Shown here piece by piece: positions 1 to 9,274 of a stretch of 58,016 nt of DNA; within the stretch, counting starts at the first letter, position 1, and every line of letters starts with the position of its first letter. Made by a program: the position numbers and the translations under genes. The notes beneath the pieces were generated by a model. That model ran no database searches, had not been told where the DNA came from, and worked only from the letters and a program-made list of their open reading frames with translations. This DNA comes from a bacterium (GTDB lineage Bacteria; Patescibacteriota; Microgenomatia; Daviesbacterales; UBA10151). Where the stretch lies: NCBI GenBank assembly GCA_030647265.1, contig JAUSJM010000034.1, positions 1 to 58,016 of the forward strand, read 5' to 3'.

Positions 1-23
1 GATTGAAAATGTAATTTAGCCTC

Positions 24-52
24 TTGCATTATTGGGTCAAATATTGTATATT
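24..52 (+). promoter_or_regulatory. sigma70-type promoter for tuf
   Basis: TTGCAT-17 nt-TATATT about 45 nt upstream of the tuf ATG. Confidence 0.5.
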
Positions 53-97
53 TTCCTTACCAGCTGAGTAGCTGGCTTATTTTGCTTAAAAACTAAT

Positions 98-1282
98 ATG
101 GCAGACGCTAAAAAATACGAAAGAACAAAACCGCACGTTAATATTGGCACCATGGGTCATGTGGATCACGGTAAAACCACTTTAACCGCCGCTATCATGA
201 CTGTTTTGGCTGGCAAGGGGCTGGCCCAGAAATCTTCTGTTGATGAGATTGACAACGCTCCTGAGGAAAAAGCTCGTGGTATTACTATTAATATTTCCCA
301 CCGAGAATATGAGACAGAGAAAAGGCACTATGCCCACATTGATATGCCGGGTCACGCCGACTATATCAAAAACATGATTACCGGTGCTGCTCAAACAGAC
401 GGAGCAATTTTGGTAGTGTCTGCTCCTGATGGACCCATGCCTCAAACCCGGGAGCACATCCTTTTGGCCCGTCAGGTAGGAGTACCGGCAGTTGTAGTTT
501 ACCTGAATAAAACCGATCAGGTCTCTGATCCGGAGCTTTTGGATTTGGTGGAAGAGGAAGTAAGAGATCTTTTAAAGAAATACCAGTATGATCCTAACTC
601 CCCTATCATCAGAGGTTCAGCCTTGAAGGCTTTGAGTGGTGATCCTGAGGCTGTTAAATCTATCGAAGAGCTGATGAAAGCGGTTGACGAGTGGATTCCT
701 ACTCCTACCCGGGATATTGATAAGCCCTTCCTGATGGCTGTAGAGGATGTTTTCTCTATTAAGGGCCGGGGAACAGTGGTGACGGGAAGAATTGAGAGAG
801 GAAAAGTTAAGGTCAACGAAGAAATTGAAATTATAGGAATCAGACCAACAAAGAAAAGCGTTGTGACTGGAATAGAAATGTTTCATAAAATGCTTGATGA
901 AGGTCAAGCCGGAGATAATGCCGGGATACTTCTTCGCGGTATTGAAAAAGATGATGTGGAGCGCGGTCAGGTGTTGGCTAAACCCGGCTCTATCACTCCT
1001 CACGCTGAATTTGAAGCGGAAGTTTATGTTCTTTCTAAAGAAGAGGGCGGAAGACACACTCCGTTCTTTAAAGGTTACAGACCACAATTCTATATCAGAA
1101 CCACTGACGTGACCGGCGAAGTAATCTTGCCGGAAGGTGTAGAGATGGTGATGCCTGGTGATACCACCAAGATGACAGCTAAGCTTATTACTCCGGTAGC
1201 TATGGAAGAGGGTTTAAGGTTTGCTGTCAGAGAAGGTGGAAAGACAGTGGGAGCTGGGGTAATCACGAAGATTATTAAGTAA
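98..1282 (+). CDS. tuf: Elongation factor Tu
   Basis: [13 protein letters not shown], DxPGH, NKxD motifs; 394 aa. Confidence 0.99.
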   Translation: MADAKKYERTKPHVNIGTMGHVDHGKTTLTAAIMTVLAGKGLAQKSSVDEIDNAPEEKARGITINISHREYETEKRHYAHIDMPGHADYIKNMITGAAQTDGAILVVSAPDGPMPQTREHILLARQVGVPAVVVYLNKTDQVSDPELLDLVEEEVRDLLKKYQYDPNSPIIRGSALKALSGDPEAVKSIEELMKAVDEWIPTPTRDIDKPFLMAVEDVFSIKGRGTVVTGRIERGKVKVNEEIEIIGIRPTKKSVVTGIEMFHKMLDEGQAGDNAGILLRGIEKDDVERGQVLAKPGSITPHAEFEAEVYVLSKEEGGRHTPFFKGYRPQFYIRTTDVTGEVILPEGVEMVMPGDTTKMTAKLITPVAMEEGLRFAVREGGKTVGAGVITKIIK

Positions 1283-1304
1283 CTAAGAGATAGTTTAGGG
1301 TATT

Positions 1305-1331
1305 AAGAGGGGGCTAAAAGGCCCTTTTTTC
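1305..1331 (+). terminator. Possible intrinsic terminator after tuf
   Basis: AAGAGGGGGC...GCCCTTTTTT hairpin with T tract. Confidence 0.45.
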
Positions 1332-1388
1332 ATGAGGTTGTGGTAGAATATAGCACATTAACAGTAGGAAAAAGTATTTTTAAAAAAT

Positions 1389-1700
1389 ATGGCTAAAGGA
1401 CGTATTCGCGTAAAACTTAAAAGTTATGATCATCGGGTACTCGATAGCACTATCGAGCAGCTTTTGGATACTGCTTTACGTACCGGTGCCAAAATTGTTG
1501 GCCCGATCCCTCTTCCTACTAAAACAGAAAAATTTACTGTTATCCGAGGTACTTCTTCTAACGCTAAAAATTCCCAGGAAGCTTTTGAACTAAAAACCCA
1601 CAAGAGACTGGTAGAAATCGTTGAACCAACAGATAAGACTATTGATAGCCTTATGCATTTGGAATTACCGGCAGGAGTAGACATTGAGATAAAGACGTAA
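1389..1700 (+). CDS. rpsJ: 30S ribosomal protein S10 (uS10)
   Basis: IRVKLKSYDHRVLD, GPIPLPT, THKRL, LPAGVDIEIK. Confidence 0.97.
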   Translation: MAKGRIRVKLKSYDHRVLDSTIEQLLDTALRTGAKIVGPIPLPTKTEKFTVIRGTSSNAKNSQEAFELKTHKRLVEIVEPTDKTIDSLMHLELPAGVDIEIKT

Positions 1701-1702
1701 AT

Positions 1703-1737
1703 AGACTTTGGGGATTTCCCGATAGTCTTTTCTTTTT
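1703..1737 (+). terminator. Terminator-like hairpin after rpsJ
   Basis: AGACT...GGGATTTCCC...AGTCT followed by TTTCTTTTT. Confidence 0.45.
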
Positions 1738-1752
1738 GCTTTGCAAAAACGT

Positions 1753-1818
1753 AAAACTATTGATTCCTTAATGCACTTGGAACTCCCCGCCGGAGTTGAC
1801 ATCGAAGTCAAGATGTAG
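1753..1818 (+). pseudogene. Diverged duplicate of the last 22 codons of rpsJ
   Basis: Translates KTIDSLMHLELPAGVDIEVKM* versus KTIDSLMHLELPAGVDIEIKT* in rpsJ (1635-1700); many synonymous differences. Confidence 0.9.
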
Positions 1819-2112
1819 GATTCTCCCCTACGAAATGTTCTAGTAACCGTTGATCGCTTGCCAGCAAGATTAGCAATAAGTGAGTGGGCATTTCCAAAAC
1901 TTGCTTACCTTGAGCATCCTTGAGAATAAAAGCAAAATTACGGTCCGATAGCATCTGGAGACTTTTTCTTAATAATAGTGCCTGACGGGTGATTTCGCTT
2001 ATACTCTATTAGTTTTTATAGCCTCTGTCCTAAGAGATTCCTGAAGTTCTGGTTCCAAGTCAATTGTTATTCTTATTCTTTTAGATGTGTTGTCAAGGCG
2101 TTCTCCAGACAT
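1808..2112 (-). pseudogene. Frameshifted ribbon-helix-helix (CopG-like) DNA-binding protein
   Basis: MSGERLDNTSKRIRITIDLEPELQESLRTEAIKTNR continues as SISEITRQAL... in the -1 frame near 2002-2008. Confidence 0.6.
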
Positions 2113-2119
2113 TCCCCCT

Positions 2120-2147
2120 ATTATAGGGTACAAATACGATTTGTCAA
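2120..2147 (-). promoter_or_regulatory. Consensus promoter for the RHH gene
   Basis: TTGACA-16 nt-TATAAT on the minus strand, 7 nt before the ATG at 2112. Confidence 0.65.
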
Positions 2148-2229
2148 CTTTCGTTTTTGAGGCTAGGGATTTTTAGCTTGACACATTAAAGGTGTAAGGC
2201 TAAATATTGTCCTATGCTATCATAAAGAT

Positions 2230-2397
2230 GTGAGAATTCTTTTGACACTTCATGTTCATGAGAAGCTTCAGGAGAAGGATGCGAAGCTACTAAAAATTAC
2301 CAAGAAGAAGATCCTGGCAGTTCTCTCACATCCTGATAAGATTAATCGGACTAATTATCCAGCAGAGAAAGGAAGATATGAAAGTAAAGTATTTTGA
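2230..2397 (+). pseudogene. Shortened DUF4258-like putative toxin (55 aa, probable internal deletion)
   Basis: GTG-start MRILLTLHVHEKL...ITKKKILAVLSHPD...YPAEKGRYESKVF; overlaps the start of the DUF2283-like gene. Confidence 0.5.
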
Positions 2398-2626
2398 AGA
2401 CGCTGATTTGTTAAGCTTTCGTATTAGTAATGAGCCATACAAGTACGCTCGTCAGTTTGATGATGTCATTATTCACTACAGTGCAAAAAAGGAACCGGTT
2501 TTAATTGAGGTGATTGACGCGGCGAAGTTCCTCAAAAAGACTACCCACCTGTTACCTAAAAAGGTCCAGGCTAAAATTTGGCCTGGGAGAGTTTCCACCC
2601 CAGTTGCTCACCAAATTAAGCGTTGA
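2378..2626 (+). CDS. DUF2283-family protein, putative antitoxin
   Basis: MKVKYFEDADLLSFRIS...DVIIHY...PVLIEVIDAAKFL pattern. Confidence 0.7.
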   Translation: MKVKYFEDADLLSFRISNEPYKYARQFDDVIIHYSAKKEPVLIEVIDAAKFLKKTTHLLPKKVQAKIWPGRVSTPVAHQIKR

Positions 2627-2636
2627 TATCTTTCTC

Positions 2637-2666
2637 TTGCAATCTAGCTTCAAGCTATGCTACAAT
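2637..2666 (+). promoter_or_regulatory. Promoter upstream of rplC
   Basis: TTGCAA-18 nt-TACAAT with extended TGn. Confidence 0.55.
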
Positions 2667-2720
2667 CCGGATACACCATGGAGTGGAAATAGAATAAAAA
2701 CAATTTTTCAGTAAATTGTG

Positions 2721-2815
2721 CGTCCTGAGCGAGTGTAAACGAGTCTAAGGATACGACAATTGAAGGTGTGCACAATTGCTGAGTGAGACCCTGAGCAAAG
2801 TCGAAGGGCTCACTC
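2721..2815. repeat. Two REP-like CCTGAG...GAAGG hairpins in the rplC leader
   Basis: CGTCCTGAGCGAGTGTAAACGAGTCTAAGGAT (2721-2752) and CCCTGAGCAAAGTCGAAGGG (2789-2808) inside a GAGTGAG/CTCACTC stem followed by a T tract. Confidence 0.7.
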
Positions 2816-2834
2816 TTTTTAATGGCTTTTTTAT

Positions 2835-3626
2835 ATGATTAATACTTTATTGGGAATAAAAAAGAATATGACATCTACCTATGATGCCCGGGGCAGAAGG
2901 GTGGGAGCTACTGTAGTGGAAGTTATGCCTAATTTTGTGACCCAGGTAAAGACTGCTGACAGCAAAGATGGCTATGAGGCAGTGCAATTAGGGCTAGGAA
3001 GCAAAAAATCTGTCCGAAAACCTCAACTAGGTCATCTTAAAAAAGCCGGAGTAGATCAAAAAGTAAGATGGCTTAGAGAAGTAAGAGAAGATATGGCAGA
3101 TGTCAAATTAGGAGACTCAGTTGAAGTCTCCTCTGTTTTTTCTAAGGGTGACGCTGTCAAAGTGACTGGTATATCCAAGGGTCGGGGTTTTCAGGGAGGA
3201 GTCAGACGTTATGGTTTTGCAGGAGGTCCTAAAACTCACGGCCAGTCAGACAGGCACCGGGCTCCCGGTTCCATTGGTTCCGGCACTACCCCGGGGAGAG
3301 TTTTAAAAGGTAAAAGGATGGCCGGGCATATGGGAGCAGCTACGGTTTCCGTCCGAGGTTTAGAGGTGGTAGAGGTAGACAAAAGTAAAAATTTGTTAAT
3401 TATTAAGGGAGGAATCCCCGGAGCTACCGGTTCCTTGGTCAGTATTTCTAAACTGGGAAGAATTAAAGGTTATACTCCCCCTCCGGAAGAGAAACCAGAG
3501 GAGGAAGAGGAATCTGAGGAGAAAAAGGTAGAGGCAGGTGCTAGCGAGGCAGAAGGACAAACTGCAATTGAAGCAGAAGCAGCAGAAACACCAGAAGTAA
3601 AGGAGGGAGCAGAAAATGCCGGTTAA
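2835..3626 (+). CDS. rplC: 50S ribosomal protein L3 with acidic C-terminal tail
   Basis: SKGRGFQG, HRAPGSIG, KRMAGHMG. Confidence 0.98.
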   Translation: MINTLLGIKKNMTSTYDARGRRVGATVVEVMPNFVTQVKTADSKDGYEAVQLGLGSKKSVRKPQLGHLKKAGVDQKVRWLREVREDMADVKLGDSVEVSSVFSKGDAVKVTGISKGRGFQGGVRRYGFAGGPKTHGQSDRHRAPGSIGSGTTPGRVLKGKRMAGHMGAATVSVRGLEVVEVDKSKNLLIIKGGIPGATGSLVSISKLGRIKGYTPPPEEKPEEEEESEEKKVEAGASEAEGQTAIEAEAAETPEVKEGAENAG

Positions 3627-4386
3627 AAAGTCTCCGCCAAAGGCGGATCAGCCTGTGGCTGAAAAAGTAAAAGAAACAAAAACTAAAAAAGTGACTGCTA
3701 AGGTAGCTAGGCCAAGAAGTGTAGCAGTAGGTTTGTCTGTCCCTGTGTACAGCCTGGAGGGCAAGGAAAGCGGAACCTTAAGCCTACCTAAAGAAATTTT
3801 TGGGGGAGCTGTTAATAAGGTTCTCCTGTCCCAGGCCTTAAGGGTTTATATGAATAACCAAAAGACCCATTTTGCCCATACCAAGACCCGTTCTGAGGTT
3901 AAAGTTTCCACCAGAAAAATTTACCGCCAGAAAGGTACAGGAGGAGCCAGACACGGAGCCAGATCAGCTCCGATTTTTGTGGGCGGAGGAGTGGCTTTGG
4001 GACCGAAGTTTAGAAAAGTGATCTTGGATTTGCCCAAAAAGATGAAACAAAAGGCATTACTGGCAGCCCTTTCTTCCAAGGTGCAGGCCAAAGAAGCAGT
4101 AGGGATAGAAGGTTTAGATAAAGCTTCCGGAAAAACCAGCCAGATGCAAAAATTAATGAAGGGGCTCTCTAAAAATGGTGCTTTTTTAGCAAAAAGTAAC
4201 GCTCTGCTGGCTTTGGGAGAAAAAAATGATCAGGTTGTCCGGGCTGCCAGGAATTTACCGGGCTTAGATATTTTACCAGTAGAGCAGCTGAATGCTTTGG
4301 AGGTTATGTCACATCAAACTTTGATCTTAACTAAGGAAGCAGTAGTAAAACTTTCCACTAAAGTTCAAGGAGAGGTAAAATCATGA
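3616..4386 (+). CDS. rplD: 50S ribosomal protein L4 with N-terminal extension
   Basis: RQKGTGGARHG, GGGVALGP. Confidence 0.97.
   Translation: MPVKKSPPKADQPVAEKVKETKTKKVTAKVARPRSVAVGLSVPVYSLEGKESGTLSLPKEIFGGAVNKVLLSQALRVYMNNQKTHFAHTKTRSEVKVSTRKIYRQKGTGGARHGARSAPIFVGGGVALGPKFRKVILDLPKKMKQKALLAALSSKVQAKEAVGIEGLDKASGKTSQMQKLMKGLSKNGAFLAKSNALLALGEKNDQVVRAARNLPGLDILPVEQLNALEVMSHQTLILTKEAVVKLSTKVQGEVKS
3633..3662. repeat. In-frame twin-hairpin element in rplD
   Basis: TCCGCC-AAA-GGCGGA TCAGCC-TGT-GGCTGA; 30 nt, reads PPKADQPVAE. Confidence 0.8.
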
Positions 4387-4766
4387 ATATCATCTTAAGA
4401 AAAGCCATTATTTCCGAGAAAGCGATGAAGCAGGCAGGACAAAATCTTTATACTTTTTTGGTAAGCTCTAAGGCCCGGAAGCCGGAGATTGCCAAAGCGG
4501 TTAAGGAAAAGTTCGGAGTAGAGGTCGTGGCAGTAAAAACAGTAAACTTTAAAGAGGGAAGCAAAATGCAGCGGACCAGGAGAAAGTATTTTTCTGTCCC
4601 GGGCTACAAAAAAGCTTTGGTAGCCTTAAAAGATGGACAAAAAATCGCCCTCTTTGAAGCTGAGGCAGCTACGGAACAGGAAGTTGAGCCCAAAGAGGAA
4701 GTCAGAGAAAAAAAGAGCTTGCTTAGAGGTACTAAGGTAAAGATCGAGAAAGGAGGAAAGAAGTAA
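4383..4766 (+). CDS. rplW: 50S ribosomal protein L23
   Basis: ISEKA, YTFLV, KPEIAKAV, YKKALV; operon position. Confidence 0.95.
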   Translation: MNIILRKAIISEKAMKQAGQNLYTFLVSSKARKPEIAKAVKEKFGVEVVAVKTVNFKEGSKMQRTRRKYFSVPGYKKALVALKDGQKIALFEAEAATEQEVEPKEEVREKKSLLRGTKVKIEKGGKK

Positions 4767-4767
4767 G

Positions 4768-5586
4768 ATGGCTTTAATGCAGTACAAAGAAAAAACACCT
4801 AGCCGCCGCTTTGCTTCTAAAATGGGCAAACCGGAGAAAAATGAGAACGCTCCCAAGGGGTTGTGGAAGATTTTAGTAAAACACAGCGGTCGTTCTAAGG
4901 GTCGGGTGACAGTGCGCCATCAAGGTGGCAGGCACAAAAGGTACTACCGGGAGATTGATTTTAAACGCAATAAATTTGGGGTGGAAGGTGTTGTTGCTGC
5001 TTTGGAATACGATCCCAACCGCAATGTCGGCATTGCCCTTATAAAATACTCTGATGGGGAATATCGTTATATCCTGGCTCCCCAAGGTCTGAAGGTGGGA
5101 GACAAGGTGGAAGCCGGAGAAAAGGTAGAGATTAGGACGGGCAATGCCATGAGGCTAAAAAGCCTGCCGGTTGGCACGATGGTCCATAATGTGGAGTTGG
5201 TGCCGGGAAAGGGTGGACAGCTGGGAAGAAGTGCTGGAATCTCTTTGGCTTTACAAGCCAAGCAAGCTCCTTTCGCTCACTTGAAAATGCCTTCCGGAGA
5301 GATTAGAATGGTTCCTTTGCAGGCCTTGGCCACCGTAGGGATTTTAGGAAATGAGGACTGGAAGCATATTAACTTTGGTAAAGCAGGAAGAAAAAGACAT
5401 ATGGGAATAAGGCCAACAGTCAGAGGGACTGCTCAAGAACCAAGTTCTCATCCTCATGGTGGTGGTGAAGGAAGATCTGGAGTAGGAAGAAAGAAACCGA
5501 TGACAAAGTACGGCAGACCGGCTGTAGGCAAGACCAGGAAGAAAGGAAAGCAGTCCGGTAGGTATATTATAAAGAGGAGAAAGTAA
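4768..5586 (+). CDS. rplB: 50S ribosomal protein L2
   Basis: [20 protein letters not shown]. Confidence 0.98.
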   Translation: MALMQYKEKTPSRRFASKMGKPEKNENAPKGLWKILVKHSGRSKGRVTVRHQGGRHKRYYREIDFKRNKFGVEGVVAALEYDPNRNVGIALIKYSDGEYRYILAPQGLKVGDKVEAGEKVEIRTGNAMRLKSLPVGTMVHNVELVPGKGGQLGRSAGISLALQAKQAPFAHLKMPSGEIRMVPLQALATVGILGNEDWKHINFGKAGRKRHMGIRPTVRGTAQEPSSHPHGGGEGRSGVGRKKPMTKYGRPAVGKTRKKGKQSGRYIIKRRK

Positions 5587-5611
5587 ATATTTTATTTACG
5601 CAAGAAAAAAT

Positions 5612-5896
5612 ATGAGTAGAAGTTTAAAAAAAGGACCATATATTGATGTCAAGTTGATGAAAAAGATCATGGCCCAAAAGTCAGAGGGTCAAAAGAGTGC
5701 TATTAAAACCTGGGCCAGGGCATCACAAATTGCCCCGGAGTTTGTGGGTCATACTTTTATGATCCATAACGGTAAAATTTTTATTTCGGTTTATATAACA
5801 GAGGCCATGGTAGGTCATAGGTTGGGAGAGTTTTCTCCCACGAGAACTTTTAAAGGCCACGGTAAGATGACGGAAAAGTCTACAGCAAAGACATAA
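5612..5896 (+). CDS. rpsS: 30S ribosomal protein S19
   Basis: [21 protein letters not shown]. Confidence 0.98.
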   Translation: MSRSLKKGPYIDVKLMKKIMAQKSEGQKSAIKTWARASQIAPEFVGHTFMIHNGKIFISVYITEAMVGHRLGEFSPTRTFKGHGKMTEKSTAKT

Positions 5897-5903
5897 AAAG
5901 AAT

Positions 5904-6266
5904 ATGGAAGTAATGACAATACAAAAATATATACATACCTCGCCGAGAAAGCTCAGACTGGTAGCGGATATGGTCAGAAAGATGAAACCTTCCCGGGCTT
6001 TGGTAACTTTACAGTTTGCTAATAAGGCTGCAGCTTTGCCTTTGAAAAAAGCTTTACAGACGGTGTTGGCTGATGCTGAACAAAAAAAGCTTCAGCAGGA
6101 AACGTTGGCTTTTAAAGTTTTGGAGATTAATGAGGGACCAAAGCTTGCCCGTTACCATGCCGGTACCAAGGGACGGGCCAACCCTTATAGACGGAAGATG
6201 AGCCATATCAAAATCGTCTTGACAGACGATTCAAAAGTCTCCGCGATAAAGAAAGGGGAAAAGTAA
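5904..6266 (+). CDS. rplV: 50S ribosomal protein L22
   Basis: SPRKLRLVAD, NEGP, SHIKI. Confidence 0.96.
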   Translation: MEVMTIQKYIHTSPRKLRLVADMVRKMKPSRALVTLQFANKAAALPLKKALQTVLADAEQKKLQQETLAFKVLEINEGPKLARYHAGTKGRANPYRRKMSHIKIVLTDDSKVSAIKKGEK

Positions 6267-6910
6267 TGGGACAAAAGATACATCCAATTGGTTTTAGAAT
6301 GGGAGAAACGGCAACCTGGGAGTCTAGGTGGTTTGGCGACAAAAAAAAATACCGTCAGTTTGTAGTGGAAGATATTAAAATTCGGGAGCTTTTGATGAAA
6401 AAGCTTAAAGGAGCAGGTGTGACAAAGGTGGAAATTGAAAGAGCCAGCAACCGTTTAAAGGTCTTAATCTTTGTGGCCCGCCCGGGAGTGTTAATCGGAC
6501 GAGGAGGTACGGGTCTCTCGGAGCTAAAAAAGTTCCTCATGCAAGAGCTGAATATTAAAGAAGAAAGCGCTTTGGAAATTGCTCCCATGGATATAAAAGC
6601 CCCCGATTTATCAGCCTACTTGGTAGCCCAAAGTGCTGCTGAGCAGCTGATCAAAAGGCTGCCGGCCCAAAGGGTGATGAACCAGATTCTTGATCGGGTC
6701 ATGAGAGCTGGAGCCAAAGGAGTGAGAATTGTTTTAGCAGGAAGAATCGGAGGAGCAGAGATTGCCCGCCGGGAGTGGAAAGCCACAGGCACTATGCCGC
6801 TTCATACCATCCGCCAGGATATTGATTTTGCCTCAGTTCCGGCTTTGACTAAATCGGGATATGTGGGAGTAAAAGTGTGGATTAACCGTGGTGAGGCAAT
6901 AGAAAGTTAA
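6266..6910 (+). CDS. rpsC: 30S ribosomal protein S3
   Basis: [27 protein letters not shown]. Confidence 0.98.
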   Translation: MGQKIHPIGFRMGETATWESRWFGDKKKYRQFVVEDIKIRELLMKKLKGAGVTKVEIERASNRLKVLIFVARPGVLIGRGGTGLSELKKFLMQELNIKEESALEIAPMDIKAPDLSAYLVAQSAAEQLIKRLPAQRVMNQILDRVMRAGAKGVRIVLAGRIGGAEIARREWKATGTMPLHTIRQDIDFASVPALTKSGYVGVKVWINRGEAIES

Positions 6911-6914
6911 AAAT

Positions 6915-7331
6915 ATGGCATTACTTGTACCAAAAAGAGTTAAACATCGAAAAACATTCCGCGGTAAACGGGGCGGTTTGGCTACCCGCGGCAATACCCT
7001 CTCTTTCGGAAGTTTTGGTTTGAAAGCCATGGAGAGCGGTTGGATCTCCTCCCGGCAGCTGGAAGCAGCCAGGCGGGCGATTACCCACTTTACCGCCCGG
7101 GGAGGAAGATTATGGATTCGGATCTTTCCCGATAAACCGGTAACTAAGCATCCAGCTGAGGCCAGAATGGGTTCCGGGAAGGGTGATGTTATAGGGTATG
7201 TCGCAGTGGTTAAACCCGGATCAATTATTTTTGAGATGGGAGCTGTTCCCTCCCAGACTGCAGTTGAAGCTTTAAGACTGGCAGCCCATAAACTGCCCTT
7301 ACAAACAAGATTTGTCACTAAAGAAAGTTAA
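6915..7331 (+). CDS. rplP: 50S ribosomal protein L16
   Basis: [23 protein letters not shown]. Confidence 0.98.
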   Translation: MALLVPKRVKHRKTFRGKRGGLATRGNTLSFGSFGLKAMESGWISSRQLEAARRAITHFTARGGRLWIRIFPDKPVTKHPAEARMGSGKGDVIGYVAVVKPGSIIFEMGAVPSQTAVEALRLAAHKLPLQTRFVTKES

Positions 7332-7343
7332 AAGGAGAAAAAG

Positions 7344-7565
7344 ATGAAGAAAAACGATTTGGCAGAAATAAAAAAGATTGATCAAGCCTCTTTAAAAGAG
7401 AGGGTTAAAAAGTTACAAAAAGAGATTTTGGATTTGCTCTTTGATAAGGGAATGGGTAAAATATCAAACTCAAAGCAAATTAAAAATAAAAGAAGGGATT
7501 TGGCCCAGATGATGACAATTTTAAGACAAAAACAACTGATTGCAGAGCTGGAGGCAAAGAAATGA
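7344..7565 (+). CDS. rpmC: 50S ribosomal protein L29
   Basis: IKNKRRDLAQMMT; position between rplP and rpsQ. Confidence 0.9.
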   Translation: MKKNDLAEIKKIDQASLKERVKKLQKEILDLLFDKGMGKISNSKQIKNKRRDLAQMMTILRQKQLIAELEAKK

Positions 7566-8005
7566 TAAAAGAAAAAGGAAAACAACAAAAAACTTTAAGC
7601 CATCTTCTTCGGGGAAGGGTTGTTTCTGCCAAGTTACCGCAAACTGTCACGGTGTTGGTGGAAAGAACTAAAGTTCATCCGATTTACGGAAAGTCCTATA
7701 GAAGGAGCAAAAAATATTTGGCCCACACTACCCTGTCTTTAACAGAGGGGGATTTAGTGGAGATGATTAAATGTAAGCCTATTTCTAAAAACAAGCACTT
7801 CCTGGTCTTAAAGATGGTTGGTAAGGATATTGAAGCTGTAGTAACAGAACAGTTAAAAGAAGAGGCAGCCAAGGAGATTGCCGAGGCTATGCCAGTAGAG
7901 AAGACTGAGGAGACTTCAGTCATCAGTAATCAGACAGAGGAGAAAGTAGTAAAAGATCAAGAAAAGAGAAAGCCCAAACAAAGAAAGGAGAAGTCTAAAA
8001 GCTAA
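7562..8005 (+). CDS. rpsQ: 30S ribosomal protein S17 with long C-terminal extension
   Basis: GRVVSAK, HPIYGK, KKYLAH, PISKNK. Confidence 0.96.
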   Translation: MIKEKGKQQKTLSHLLRGRVVSAKLPQTVTVLVERTKVHPIYGKSYRRSKKYLAHTTLSLTEGDLVEMIKCKPISKNKHFLVLKMVGKDIEAVVTEQLKEEAAKEIAEAMPVEKTEETSVISNQTEEKVVKDQEKRKPKQRKEKSKS

Positions 8006-8029
8006 CAGCTGAAGACTGATAACTGATTT
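7916..8029. repeat. Inverted pair of heptamer arrays at the rpsQ 3' end
   Basis: TCAGTCA TCAGTAA TCAGACA (7916-7936) and CTAAAAG CTAACAG CTGAAGA CTGATAA CTGATTT (7995-8029). Confidence 0.7.
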
Positions 8030-8030
8030 T

Positions 8031-8399
8031 ATGGTTCAACACAGGACGATGTTAAAAGTGGCAGATAACAGTGGAGCAAAAATCTTGCAGGTGATTCAGC
8101 CGTTAGGCGGATCCGGTAAGAGAAAGGCTACTTTGGGGGAGACAATGGTGGCAGTGGTAAAAGGTGCTATTCCCAACGGTCAGGTAAAAGACTCAGAAAT
8201 AGTGAGGGTGGTACTAGTGAGAGCTAGAAAAGAGATCAGACGAGCAGATGGTTCCTATATTAAGGATGATGAAAATGCCGGAGCGGTTATCGAAAAAGAC
8301 GGAAACTTAAGGCCCACAAGACTTTTTGGACCGATTGCCCGGGAGGTTAGAGAAAGGGGTTTTACTAAAATTGCCTCTTTGGCTCCGGAAGTATGGTAA
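8031..8399 (+). CDS. rplN: 50S ribosomal protein L14
   Basis: VADNSGAK, TRLFGPIARE, SLAPEV. Confidence 0.97.
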   Translation: MVQHRTMLKVADNSGAKILQVIQPLGGSGKRKATLGETMVAVVKGAIPNGQVKDSEIVRVVLVRARKEIRRADGSYIKDDENAGAVIEKDGNLRPTRLFGPIAREVRERGFTKIASLAPEVW

Positions 8400-8414
8400 G
8401 GAGGATTTAAAAAC

Positions 8415-8723
8415 ATGAAAATTAAAAAGAATGACACTGTAAAAGTATTATTAGGCAAAGATCAAGGTAAAACCGGAAAAGTGCTACGTGTTTTAGGGAA
8501 GGAAGACAAAGTTTTAGTGGAAGGGGTCAATATTTCTAAACGACATGTCGGGAAAAAGGGCCAAACAGAAGGGGGAATTATAGATTTGGTAAAACCTCTG
8601 AATATCAGTAATGTGGCTTTGGTTTGTCCGAGTTGTAAAAAGCCCACCCGGGTAGGCTATAAATTAAATGGTCAAAGTAAAGTCAGAGTTTGTAAAAAAT
8701 GCCAAGAGGAGATTAAAGCATGA
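8415..8723 (+). CDS. rplX: 50S ribosomal protein L24
   Basis: [13 protein letters not shown] motif, VEGVN. Confidence 0.97.
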   Translation: MKIKKNDTVKVLLGKDQGKTGKVLRVLGKEDKVLVEGVNISKRHVGKKGQTEGGIIDLVKPLNISNVALVCPSCKKPTRVGYKLNGQSKVRVCKKCQEEIKA

Positions 8724-9268
8724 ACAGATTAAGAGAAAAATATCAAAAAGAGATACTTCCTAAACTAAAAGAGGAGTTTGGTGCTAAAAATAATCTGGCA
8801 GTGCCAAAAGTTTCTAAAGTGGTGGTAAATGTGGGTATGGGTGATGCCAAGGATAACCAGCAGGCAGCAGAAAAAGTGGTGGCAGACTTAGCTGCTTTGG
8901 CGGGACAAAAACCGGTTATTATGAAGGCCAAAAAATCCATTTCCGGATTTAAACTGGCGAAAGGGCAGCCGGTAGGAGCGATGGTAACGCTGCGGGGAGA
9001 AAGGATGTATCAGTTTTTAGACAAGCTGTTTAGCATAGTTTTGCCTAAAGTAAGAGACTTTAGAGGTATTGCCGACACCTCTTTTGACTTGCGCGGTAAC
9101 TTTACTTTAGGGCTTAAGGAACAAGCTATTTTCCCGGAAATAGGTTTTCAAAGTTCTTCTCCTTCGGTTAAAATAAGAGGCTTGGAAATTTCCATTGTGG
9201 GCACGGCCCGAAACCGGGAAGAAGGACGAAGATTATTGGAACTTTTAGGAATGCCCTTTAAAAAATAA
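8720..9268 (+). CDS. rplE: 50S ribosomal protein L5
   Basis: [22 protein letters not shown]. Confidence 0.98.
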   Translation: MNRLREKYQKEILPKLKEEFGAKNNLAVPKVSKVVVNVGMGDAKDNQQAAEKVVADLAALAGQKPVIMKAKKSISGFKLAKGQPVGAMVTLRGERMYQFLDKLFSIVLPKVRDFRGIADTSFDLRGNFTLGLKEQAIFPEIGFQSSSPSVKIRGLEISIVGTARNREEGRRLLELLGMPFKK

Positions 9269-9274
9269 ACAACT

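Noticed and set aside
182..1112. Antisense and out-of-frame ORFs over tuf (and similar ones over other conserved genes)
   Set aside because: Shadow ORFs of well-conserved genes with no motifs or start signals.
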